Shown here one piece after another: positions 63,456 through 64,000 of a stretch of 64,000 nucleotides of DNA; position 1 is the stretch's first letter; each line of letters starts with the position of its first letter. The notes under the pieces were generated by a model, which worked only from the letters and a program-made list of their open reading frames with translations, did no database searches and was not told the origin of the DNA. Origin of the DNA: Paraspadella gotoi (taxonomy: Eukaryota; Animalia; Chaetognatha). The DNA lies in assembly GCA_051294375.1 (NCBI GenBank), contig CM119263.1, positions 7,612,635 to 7,676,634 of the forward strand. The letters are read 5' to 3'. The translations under genes were made by a program, and so were the position numbers.

Positions 63456-64000
63456 CGCTTTTGGCCTGATTTATGCCTCATCGCTTCCATTTCTCATAAA
63501 AGTCTTCCTTCCTTTTTCCACCCAAAAATCTGTTATTCCCTCTCGACCCCGAAATCCCCTTTTTTTGAGAATTTAGATTTTGTTTTTCTCCTTCCTTTTA
63601 GTCTCTCTCCTCTTTCTATATTGCTCTTCTTTTCTTTTTAAAAGTTCTTTGTATCTTCCACTCCTTTTATCTTTCTCCCCGAAGGCATCGTTTTCCTCCC
63701 CATTTCGATCTCTTTCCATCCATTCTCCGTCACACATCTTTCTTACCCTCGTTGTTTTCCTACCCTCTTTATCTTTCTCTCCCCTCTCATCTTCCTTCCC
63801 TTTGTATTCCTAACCTCCCTCTCTATCTTCCTCCCCTCCCTCTCCATCTTCCTCCCACCCTCTTCCATCTCCCTCCCCCCTCTTCATCTCCGTCTTCGAT
63901 GCCTCACTTTTGCGTCAACAAACTCGAGCGAATTTTTCGATGGAAGATTTTGAGCTTCAGAGAAAAAAAAATTGGGGAGCGGGTTTGGTGGGAGGCGGGA

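Overview
AT-rich, intron-containing eukaryotic (probably invertebrate animal) DNA from a draft assembly. It is dense in (GA/CT)n, (GAC/GTC)n and other microsatellites, with many N gaps and scattered GC/CpG-rich islands. Nearly all ORFs in the supplied track are microsatellite or low-complexity noise. One gene is well supported: a 6-exon minus-strand gene (24294-26296) that splices with GT-AG introns into an uninterrupted 246-aa, cysteine-free, probably secreted helical protein with an internal ~85-aa repeat and no family I recognise. A weaker plus-strand exon chain (23221-28341), downstream of a CRE/ETS promoter, may enclose it as a nested gene. About half the window is redundant: an ~8 kb block is present three times, a 2 kb block twice in tandem and a 1.4 kb block twice inverted. 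These sit at 25-N or 100-N gaps and are most likely long-read gap-filling or haplotig artefacts. The copies are still informative: at three loci they look like mixtures of a segment and its reverse complement, suggesting polymorphic micro-inversions. Also seen: a 30-bp CCAAT-box minisatellite, a decayed C2H2+PHD ORF, and a tRNA-derived SINE-like element. I found no CRISPR array, rRNA, intact tRNA or prokaryotic system. All alignments were done by eye.
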